Virus record (IMG/VR): IMGVR_UViG_3300020205_002848
Location: 14,561 to 78,560 of that record
Reading direction: 5' to 3' (one strand)
From: a virus
DNA length: 64,000 nucleotides
Positions within the stretch are counted from its first letter, which is position 1; every line of letters begins with the position of its first letter. Position numbers and translations under genes: made by a program. A model generated the notes under the pieces. That model was not told the DNA's origin and made no database searches. It saw only the letters and a program-made list of their open reading frames with translations. Shown here one piece after another: positions 30,045 through 38,556 of this stretch.

Positions 30045-30387
30045 ATGGCTAAAATAATAGACAAAAGAAAAATAATCAGAGAAGAAGGGGCGACTAAAGT
30101 TTTAGTCGCCTCTTACTGAGGACGGTACATTATCCACAGGAGTATCGATAAATGCTATTTTTAATGTAATATTCGCTGATTCTTTTAAATCGGAGCAAAT
30201 TATTATACAATCAATTGGTAGAGCACTTCGTTTACACTCTGATAAAAAGAAAGCAAATATCTTTGATTTGGTTGATATTTTTAATTCCAATAATATGAAT
30301 AATATATTATTTAGACACTTTAAAGAAAGAGAAAAATTTTACACAAAAAGACAATATCCTTACAAAATAATCAAAGTTAATCTTTGA
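30045..30387 (+). CDS. uvsW: UvsW C-terminal part (motifs V-VI); interrupted by a 7-nt insert (join 30045-30116 and 30124-30387, about 111 aa); missed by ORF track
   Basis: MAKIIDKRKIIREEGATKVLVASY TGA G GAC then GTLSTGVSI...QSIGRALR...IFDLVD. Confidence 0.85.
30085..30123 (+). other. candidate 7-nt translational bypass element
   Basis: 13-bp hairpin AAGGGGCGACTAA/TTAGTCGCCTCTT ending at take-off TAC, then TGA, landing GAC. Confidence 0.7.
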
Positions 30388-30417
30388 ATGTAGGGTGTTG
30401 TTTAAAATATATAATTT

Positions 30418-33400
30418 ATGGGCGGCTTTAGAAATAAATTAAATTCACAACAAAAAATAAACATGGATGTTATAATCGATACCTTGAAAAAGGGAGGTTA
30501 TACAAACCCATATACGATAGCTGGAATTTGTTCCATTATTAGCAAAGAGAGTGTATTTAATCTAATTAGAGAAAACATGAACTATTCAACTGATAGAATA
30601 GGTCAAGTTTGGGGTAGATTGAGGGGTAGAAGTGACTTAGGTCACAATCCTGAAAAGTTAGCAAATACGGTATATGGCGGTAAATATGGAAATGCTGCAC
30701 AAGATGGGTATCGATATAGAGGCGGTGGATTCAACCAATTAACATTCAAGGGGAATTATGATTTTTACGGTAGTAAAAGTGGAACTCAATTGGGTAGTAA
30801 TCCTGATTTAATAGGTGATATATTAACTGCTTCTAAAGTAATTTTATATTATTATAAATCAAACTATTCAATTCTTAAAAATAGTGGGGCTCTAAAAGAA
30901 TATGGTGCATCGGGTGATGGGAATACTTTTACTGACCTTAAAGGGGCCATATTGGGAGCTTATCATGCAACAGCCGGTGTTGGTAAAAAAGTATCATATG
31001 TTAAGGGATTATTAACCAGTGATTCACTGGGTGGTATGACAAAAGCACAGGCAAATGGGCCTGATATATTAGCCTATGTTAAATCATTTTCGGGTTTAAC
31101 ACAACCACCACCATCGCTGGTACCATCTGATGGTGGATCAACATCAACAACAGCAGCCGAATCACCCGCTACTTCAGTGGTAACTCCACCAGAGCCTAAG
31201 TATGTTATTAATAATGTAAAATTAATTAAAAAAAGCGGACCAGGTGAGATAATGGGTGTAGTTGAAGTCCCTGCTTATTTAGGAGAGGCTTCATTTTCAG
31301 GTATTCAATTTGACGAACCAGGTGATTATGTTATACATGCTGTCGGTGATGATGATTCCATCGAACCACTTGAATTTAAAATAACGGTTAGTGGCGATCC
31401 ATCTCCAAAAAGTCAAGAGAAAGCAGCTGCTTATGAAAAATTAGTAGCTGATGGTAATAGACCAATTATTGCTCAAATAGACCAACCAAGTGTTTCATTA
31501 CCACCAATGAAATATGATGTAGCCCCGGCTGATGCGCAAACAAATACAGATATAATTACATCTATAGGTTTGAATCCATTTTTGTGGCTAGGTGGATATC
31601 AAATAAGAGAAGCTGATATAAAATCACTTAGCTTATATCATCAAGGAATTACACCATGTGCTCAAGTTGTGTTTAATGACGCTCAGGGTATAATGAAAAG
31701 AGAGGGATTTCCTTTGAATAATGCAACATTTGAAATTTTCCTAAACTCTAGTTCTCCATATTTGAAATCAATTCATATGAAATTTAGATTAGTAAATTTT
31801 CAAGAAAATTCTGATAAAAGTATGACAATTACAGGTATGATAGAGTTAAAAGACTTTTATAAGATAAATTATAACTCATATAGTGGAACCTCATTTGAAG
31901 TTTTAAGATCAATATCAAAAGAGTTACAACTTGGATTTAACTCAAATATAAATTCTACATCGGATTCTATGAAGTGGACTAATGTTGGTAAGACATTTAA
32001 CGAATTTATGAGTAGTATAATGCAATTTTCCTATATAGATGATAAATCATTTGTAATGGGTTATATAGATTTTTACTACTGTTTCAACTATGTAGACTTG
32101 GAAAAAGAATGGTTGAGAAATATAGGAAATGATGTTGGTATTAGTTCAGGGGGTATTGGTAGATTAGCAACGACTAAATCAGATGAACAGATAGCAAGGC
32201 TATATTTATCAAATGAGAAATCAACAAATGGTAGTGATTTATATTTCCAAAATTACACTGTTAAAAATGACTCAACTGAAAAATCAATTACAAAAGGTCA
32301 AAGAACTGTTGTGAAATATTATGATACATATTCAAAGTCTTTTTTAATTTTTGACATTGATGGATTAACAACACCTGGTGATGACAATATAATACTTAAA
32401 GGCAATCCAGCCGATTCAAAAGATATGGAAGAAAACTATAGAACAGTTGATGGTGGTAGATTCGATTTATCTAATGTTCATAAAGAATATCTATATGCAA
32501 AAACATTAAATGATAGAAATCTAAGTGATTTGAGTAAAATATCGGTAACACTGGAGATACCAGCTTTGAATTTTAATTTTTATAAATTTCAAAAGGTTGG
32601 TATACAATTTGTCAATGAGGCTCAAACTATTTCCGACCCAAGTCTTATACAAGAGAGGATATCCGGGGAATGGATGATAACAGAAATAAAATATATTTGG
32701 ATAAAAAATAAGATAAACCAAACTCTAACTTGTGTAAGAAAAGAACTTGGTAAAATAATAGAAGAGAAAAGACAAGATAGTGGTAATAAAGAACCTGAAA
32801 AGAAATCAGGGGGTACTGTTGCACACGATGGATACTTTGGGAATGAGGCTGTTCCTGCTGTGCCACCAAATAGTATATTTAAAATAGGTGAAACTTATAC
32901 TGTTCAAGATAAAGATGGAAGATTATTTACAGTGACAATTGAAAATTTAGAATCTAATGGAAATGATATACAAGGATATATACTGGAAAATTCAGAACAA
33001 CCAGAATTAAAACCAATAATAAATACTGGTACTTCAGGAACATCTGGTATAAATGGGACAAGTAGCACATCTGGTGTAAATGGAACATCTGGTGTAAATG
33101 TAACTCCAGTTACTTCAGCTTCACAGACTTCCGGTCCTATAAATTTTGTAATAGGTGATTCAATAGCTGCTGGTTTGGCTAAACTAGCCATATCATCAAC
33201 AAATAGAAGTGGGGCTTATAATGATAGAAATGGTAAAAGAGTGCCACCATCAAAAGATGAATGGGGTATATCACAAGTTGGGGCAAACCCTGGTGCTATC
33301 TTAGGATTTATAAATGAAATAGGTAGTAGTAAATTATCCGGAAAGAAAGTATTACTTTCATCAGGGTATACGAATGGACCAGCTCAGAAACAAAAGGTGA

Positions 33401-33651
33401 AAGATCAGTTAGCACTTCTTAAGGAATGGGGATGTAAAGTTCTTTTAGTAGGGGCTACGAATAACCCACCTCAGAACCTTTCGGGTTCTGCTCCAAATGG
33501 ATTATCAGATGCTAATACTCAATTAAAAGCACTAGCAGAGCAATATGGATTTACTTTCTTAGGAGAGTTTACTCCTAACTCCAGTGACCATATACACCCT
33601 AATAGTTATCCAGTATACTACAATACTAGTATTTTACCATATACTAAATAA
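30418..33651 (+). CDS. baseplate hub-like protein with N-terminal GH19-like lysozyme and C-terminal SGNH hydrolase
   Basis: ENMNYS...PEKLANTVYG...DGYRYRGGGFNQLT; central ISGEWMITEI hub-like region; VIGDSI...DHIHP. Confidence 0.75.
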   Translation: MGGFRNKLNSQQKINMDVIIDTLKKGGYTNPYTIAGICSIISKESVFNLIRENMNYSTDRIGQVWGRLRGRSDLGHNPEKLANTVYGGKYGNAAQDGYRYRGGGFNQLTFKGNYDFYGSKSGTQLGSNPDLIGDILTASKVILYYYKSNYSILKNSGALKEYGASGDGNTFTDLKGAILGAYHATAGVGKKVSYVKGLLTSDSLGGMTKAQANGPDILAYVKSFSGLTQPPPSLVPSDGGSTSTTAAESPATSVVTPPEPKYVINNVKLIKKSGPGEIMGVVEVPAYLGEASFSGIQFDEPGDYVIHAVGDDDSIEPLEFKITVSGDPSPKSQEKAAAYEKLVADGNRPIIAQIDQPSVSLPPMKYDVAPADAQTNTDIITSIGLNPFLWLGGYQIREADIKSLSLYHQGITPCAQVVFNDAQGIMKREGFPLNNATFEIFLNSSSPYLKSIHMKFRLVNFQENSDKSMTITGMIELKDFYKINYNSYSGTSFEVLRSISKELQLGFNSNINSTSDSMKWTNVGKTFNEFMSSIMQFSYIDDKSFVMGYIDFYYCFNYVDLEKEWLRNIGNDVGISSGGIGRLATTKSDEQIARLYLSNEKSTNGSDLYFQNYTVKNDSTEKSITKGQRTVVKYYDTYSKSFLIFDIDGLTTPGDDNIILKGNPADSKDMEENYRTVDGGRFDLSNVHKEYLYAKTLNDRNLSDLSKISVTLEIPALNFNFYKFQKVGIQFVNEAQTISDPSLIQERISGEWMITEIKYIWIKNKINQTLTCVRKELGKIIEEKRQDSGNKEPEKKSGGTVAHDGYFGNEAVPAVPPNSIFKIGETYTVQDKDGRLFTVTIENLESNGNDIQGYILENSEQPELKPIINTGTSGTSGINGTSSTSGVNGTSGVNVTPVTSASQTSGPINFVIGDSIAAGLAKLAISSTNRSGAYNDRNGKRVPPSKDEWGISQVGANPGAILGFINEIGSSKLSGKKVLLSSGYTNGPAQKQKVKDQLALLKEWGCKVLLVGATNNPPQNLSGSAPNGLSDANTQLKALAEQYGFTFLGEFTPNSSDHIHPNSYPVYYNTSILPYTK

Positions 33652-33668
33652 AAATTAAAAAAATATAA

Positions 33669-35333
33669 ATGGCAACACAAGCAGAAAAAGATTTTTATGA
33701 CTTTATACGTAAAAGAATAAATGATAATTATAAATATAAAGGATATAAAGTTTATAATATGACCGCTGATGATGTTAGCAAGTTAAAGGGGTTGGGTGAC
33801 AAATGGGGTATCCCATTTGAGTGGTTGTGTAATTTAATGAACCATGAATCAGCAGGTACTTTTAACCCAGCTATACAAAATAGCATTGGGGCTACTGGAT
33901 TAATACAATTTCTTGGAAGCACAGCGAGGGGATTAGGAACTACTACATCATCACTAGCATCTTTATCATTTCAGGGTCAATTAACTTGGGTTGATAAATA
34001 TTTAGATAGCTGGAAATCGCTTTGGAAAAGAAAGGGAATAATTACAGGGGGTAAAGCAAATGATAAATTTAATCAATCTGACCTTTTCATGACAATTTTT
34101 TACCCAAAGTCAGTTGGTAACCCAAATTATGATTTTCCGAGTAGTGTTACCAGTGCCAATGGTGGTATAAGAACACCAACGGATTATACTAGAAAGGCAT
34201 TGCTCAATCCACCATTTCCACTAAGTGATGTTCCTTCCAGTTTACCAGAATATAGAAGAAAGGTTTCAGGTGGAGATGCTGGTGCAATTCCAGGTGGTGA
34301 TGTCGCTACAACACCAGCAGCTGTAACGGGTGAATCCGGTACATCTGGTGAATCCGGTACATCCGGTACATCCGGTAATACAATAACACCTGTACCTAAA
34401 AAGTTCGGATCATACGTATTTGACGTTACAAAGCCAAATTATTTTTATAATTCAGAATTTGGAGATTTAATGATTATTGATAAAGAACAGATAGACCCCT
34501 TTATATTTGAACCGGTAGAAAATGAAGAATTACTATCACCTGAATATACAGAGACTGACTATACAGGACCAGCAGAAGAAACAATAAAATTTGATGGTGA
34601 GATTATGACATTATTTTCAAATGATGAATTAGAAAGAGATGAGTCGGCTACGGTCGAGGATGGTAGTGGTAAAGATCCAGAAACCGGAGCAGCTATACAA
34701 TTTGGTGGATCCGATGTTAAAACAATAACTGGGAATGTCTCAAACTTATCAGTTACTCTACCAATGGATTTAGCAAATGTGCAGAATTCAAATGTAATAA
34801 CTAAACAATCAATGGGTAATGGTTCATACCGATCAATAGGTACTGATATAACAACTCCAAAAGGTGAAAAGATGTCGGGTGCTGGAATTACAAAAAATAT
34901 GAATGAATTTGTTCAAGATGTTTTGGGGCCCTTTGCTACATGGTTAAAAAACAACTATCCGGGATTATATAAAAGTTGGTATATAACAAGTGCTACTAGG
35001 GGATATGTTCCAAAGGGAGGGTCTTTAACATCACAACATATGAGAGGGCAAGCCGTGGATAGTCAAATACCTTCATCAAGAGCTGCTAATCCTGAAAAAA
35101 ACATTGAATTGTGTAATGCTATATTGGAGTGGTATAAGACTAATAAAGTTGGATATGGCCAGATACTATTTGAAACTAGAGATAGTTCTTGTTGGATACA
35201 CTGGTCATATGCAAGAGGTAATAGTAGATTAATGTTTGCTAGATTTTCTCAAGATCGTACCAAAAAGGCATCAGCTAATAAAACAGGATCTTATGTTTTA
35301 CCACCATTGTCAAAATCATCTTTAGGTTTTTAA
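33669..35333 (+). CDS. virion lysin: SLT-like transglycosylase plus M15-type peptidase
   Basis: MNHESAGTFNP...GATGLIQF; SQHMRGQAVD...WIHWSY. Confidence 0.8.
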   Translation: MATQAEKDFYDFIRKRINDNYKYKGYKVYNMTADDVSKLKGLGDKWGIPFEWLCNLMNHESAGTFNPAIQNSIGATGLIQFLGSTARGLGTTTSSLASLSFQGQLTWVDKYLDSWKSLWKRKGIITGGKANDKFNQSDLFMTIFYPKSVGNPNYDFPSSVTSANGGIRTPTDYTRKALLNPPFPLSDVPSSLPEYRRKVSGGDAGAIPGGDVATTPAAVTGESGTSGESGTSGTSGNTITPVPKKFGSYVFDVTKPNYFYNSEFGDLMIIDKEQIDPFIFEPVENEELLSPEYTETDYTGPAEETIKFDGEIMTLFSNDELERDESATVEDGSGKDPETGAAIQFGGSDVKTITGNVSNLSVTLPMDLANVQNSNVITKQSMGNGSYRSIGTDITTPKGEKMSGAGITKNMNEFVQDVLGPFATWLKNNYPGLYKSWYITSATRGYVPKGGSLTSQHMRGQAVDSQIPSSRAANPEKNIELCNAILEWYKTNKVGYGQILFETRDSSCWIHWSYARGNSRLMFARFSQDRTKKASANKTGSYVLPPLSKSSLGF

Positions 35334-35373
35334 ATAAAAACTATCAGAGTTTAATAATATTAATATATAGAGT

Positions 35374-38300
35374 ATGATAAAGAATGATAAGGGTGAAAAT
35401 TTGATGATGGATGATGGAGGTGTTGTTAAAACTCCTGAGATGATGATAGAATCCGCAAAGTTTACACAAGATTTGTTGCAAAAAATAACTGGGAGTCCTT
35501 GGCCACAAACCACTATCAATCCTGAATTTTCAAAAACTACCGGATTTCTACCAAGTGTTCTTATACAACCAACAATAAGCTCCGTTTCTAGGACAAAGGA
35601 TCAAAATGAAGATATGGAGATTATAAAGGGTAAATATGGTGAATACATTTGGAAAGACTGGAGAGGTCAAATTTTGACAGAACAACCAATTTTAATTAAA
35701 ACAGAAGATAGATTTAAATTACACAATGATTTACCTAGAACAGGAGCGGATTTGTTCAAAAAGCCATACTCTTCGAGAGACTGGCTTGCCGCATTTGGTG
35801 ATAAAAGTACCGATTATTTTAAGAATGGACTGCAAGTAATTGATGGATTGACACCGATTGAGAACCCAATTAATGGAGAATCTAATTTAAGATTAAGCCA
35901 AAATGGTTTCGATAATTGGCTGACTCCTTTCGAGTTAAACGATCCTGTATATTTTGGATTTGATATAATATTTGATGCTGTAAGTTCTCCATTATTAAAT
36001 GGATCGGTTAAAGATTTTATAAATAACTATTCAAGTATAAATGAAATATCAACTAAAAAACAAGTATATGAAGAATTTAAAAATCAATTTCTTAAATTCT
36101 TTAGAACAAATGCTAAAGTTAGTGTTGATGATACTCAAGTTACAATGACTAAAACAAATGTAAATCCAGCAAATTTGGATACTCAATCAACAATTTTCGA
36201 AGCAGGTAAGAAATCTTACTTTTCTAGTTACGTTCAAAAAATAACTGGATTTGACTCTTTAGCTGAAACAAATAAAGGAGATACATTTAAATATATCCCG
36301 GAATGGAAAAAGGATTTTATAACAATAACAATGAGAGAGGATACTTCTCTAAGTACAGGGGCTTTGGCTCATTTATATAAGTTGTTATATTGGTCAAGAC
36401 CAAACGGCAAGGGACTTATACCAGAAAACCTTCTGAGGTTCAACTGTGATATAATAGTATCAGAGGTTAGAAACATGAACAGAGTTAGAAAAGCAAAAGA
36501 GACTGGTAATATAGAAGTTATTAAAGATAACGTCGCTAGATGGATTTATACTTTAAGAGATTGTCAGTTTTGGTTTGATAAACTACCAGTTGATGATACC
36601 GTGGATATGTCAACTGATATGAAATCGTATGAAAACTTTATAATATCTATAGATTTTAAATATTCAAGTCATAAACTTGAAAGGTTTGTACCAACTCCTG
36701 AATCAAAAGATGAAAATGGAGTATCTTGGGGATCTTATGTTGGATTTGACGCTGGAGCTATTTGGAAAATAGGAAATGCGGGAGCTAGAGGTAGTAGCGG
36801 GTCTGTATCCTCATCCTTGCCTCAATTTTACACAACAAATACAAATACCTTTAATCAGAATGGTATATCATCACCATATATACTTAGCATATACGGCGAT
36901 CCGTCAAAAGAGAAACAAGTTACTAGTAATATTAGCTCGTTAACAAATCTATCAGATAAAGCCGATGCTGATGAAGTAAAAAACACTGCTGGTGCTACGG
37001 ATAAAGCAGCTGAAGCAGCAGCAGCAGCTCAAACACCAGGTCAAGATATCACAACTATTGTTTCATCAACTCAGGTTTCAAATGCTATTGATGAAAAAAG
37101 TTCGACTAAAATGACTTTAGGTGCTAAAAGTATAGGGGGTCTTAAAAATATTTCAAGTCCTTTCTTTGATAAAATGGGATCACTTACTGGAAGTCCACTT
37201 GAATCCATTAAAGGAACAGATTTAAATTCAATGACAGGTAAATTCTCATCATTAATTAATAAGCCAACCAGTGGATTTTTTGATATTAGGAGCAGTTTAA
37301 AAGAAAGTATAAACTTATCATCAATTAAAACAAGTTTCAGTTTATCATCAATTAAAACAAGTCTTGAATCTGAAGTATCAAATTTTAAATCAACCGTTAA
37401 AGGATCAGTTGGTGACATTGTTGGTAAATATTCAAATATAAACATCCCATCGACAAATGGATTCTTCGATAAAATGGGTGCACTTACTGGTAATCCACTT
37501 GAATCCATTAAAGGATCGGTTGGTGACATTGTTAATAAATACTCGATCGATATACCATCAACAAATGGATTCTTTGATAAAATGGGTGCTCTTACCGGCA
37601 ATCCACTTGAATCCATTAAAGGATCGGTTGGTGACATTGTTAATAAATATTCAAATATAAACATACCATCGACAAATTCATTCTTCGATAAAATGGGCGC
37701 TCTTACTGGTAATCCACTTGAATCCATCAAGGGATCAGTTGGTGATATTGTTAATAAATACTCGATCGATATACCATCGACAAATGGATTCTTCGATAAA
37801 ATGGGTGCACTTACCGGTAATCCACTTGAATCCATTAAAGGGTCGGTTAGTGACATTGTTGGTAAATATTCAAATATAAACATCCCATCAACAAATGGAT
37901 TCTTCGATAAAATGGGCGCTCTTACTGGCAATCCACTTGAATCCATCAAGGGATCGGTTAGTGACATTGTTGGAAAATATTCAGCTGATATACCATCAGC
38001 AAATTCATTCTTTGATAAAATGGGAGCTCTTACTGGAAATCCAGTCGAATCCATTAAAGGATCACTTGGTGATATTGTTGGAAAATATTCAGCTGATATA
38101 CCATCAGCAAATTCATTCTTTGATAAAATGGGTGCTCTTACTGGCAATCCGGTCGAATCCATTAAAGGATCACTTGGTGACATTGTTGGCAAATATTCAG
38201 ATGATATACCATCAGCAAATTCATTCTTTGATAAAATGGGTGCTCTTACCGGTAATCCAGTCGAATCCATTAAAGGATCGATTGATGGTATTGTTGGTAA

Positions 38301-38556
38301 ATATTCAAATGCTATTGAGATACCAAAAACTTCATTTTTTGATATTAGGTCTGATATAAAGCAGTTAACTGGTAATGACACATCATCTACTAATATGAGA
38401 ACAAATCTATTAAACAAAACTTTGGAAAAAGTATATAATCAAAAGGTTGGAACTCCATCTGATAAAAAATCTGACCCACCAACATCTAACTCATTTTTTG
38501 ATACTAATAATCAATTAAGAGATTTCTTAGGTGGTAATTTAGGAAATATTATATGA
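35374..38556 (+). CDS. tail/baseplate protein with C-terminal 36-37-aa tandem repeats
   Basis: N-terminal region suggestive of a tail-tube-like fold; located in the baseplate block; late motif at 35361. Confidence 0.55.
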   Translation: MIKNDKGENLMMDDGGVVKTPEMMIESAKFTQDLLQKITGSPWPQTTINPEFSKTTGFLPSVLIQPTISSVSRTKDQNEDMEIIKGKYGEYIWKDWRGQILTEQPILIKTEDRFKLHNDLPRTGADLFKKPYSSRDWLAAFGDKSTDYFKNGLQVIDGLTPIENPINGESNLRLSQNGFDNWLTPFELNDPVYFGFDIIFDAVSSPLLNGSVKDFINNYSSINEISTKKQVYEEFKNQFLKFFRTNAKVSVDDTQVTMTKTNVNPANLDTQSTIFEAGKKSYFSSYVQKITGFDSLAETNKGDTFKYIPEWKKDFITITMREDTSLSTGALAHLYKLLYWSRPNGKGLIPENLLRFNCDIIVSEVRNMNRVRKAKETGNIEVIKDNVARWIYTLRDCQFWFDKLPVDDTVDMSTDMKSYENFIISIDFKYSSHKLERFVPTPESKDENGVSWGSYVGFDAGAIWKIGNAGARGSSGSVSSSLPQFYTTNTNTFNQNGISSPYILSIYGDPSKEKQVTSNISSLTNLSDKADADEVKNTAGATDKAAEAAAAAQTPGQDITTIVSSTQVSNAIDEKSSTKMTLGAKSIGGLKNISSPFFDKMGSLTGSPLESIKGTDLNSMTGKFSSLINKPTSGFFDIRSSLKESINLSSIKTSFSLSSIKTSLESEVSNFKSTVKGSVGDIVGKYSNINIPSTNGFFDKMGALTGNPLESIKGSVGDIVNKYSIDIPSTNGFFDKMGALTGNPLESIKGSVGDIVNKYSNINIPSTNSFFDKMGALTGNPLESIKGSVGDIVNKYSIDIPSTNGFFDKMGALTGNPLESIKGSVSDIVGKYSNINIPSTNGFFDKMGALTGNPLESIKGSVSDIVGKYSADIPSANSFFDKMGALTGNPVESIKGSLGDIVGKYSADIPSANSFFDKMGALTGNPVESIKGSLGDIVGKYSDDIPSANSFFDKMGALTGNPVESIKGSIDGIVGKYSNAIEIPKTSFFDIRSDIKQLTGNDTSSTNMRTNLLNKTLEKVYNQKVGTPSDKKSDPPTSNSFFDTNNQLRDFLGGNLGNII
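37400..38310 (+). repeat. coding tandem repeat of 108/111 nt, 8 copies (plus a degenerate copy near 37160)
   Basis: FFDKMGALTGNP(L/V)ESIKGS(V/L)GDIV(N/G)KYS..IPS. Confidence 0.95.

Noticed and set aside
30018-30045. T4-type TATAAATA late promoters in the UvsW split
   Set aside because: They arise from an AAATAAATAT duplication, and this phage's late-type motif is TAATATATA
13669-30119. Stop-codon reassignment (TAG/TGA) as the explanation for the broken pol and UvsW genes
   Set aside because: The downstream motifs are in different frames, so readthrough cannot join them. TAG and TGA also terminate normal genes here.
37071-38417. 448-aa antisense ORF and off-frame ORFs over the repeat
   Set aside because: By-product of the tandem repeat in the sense gene
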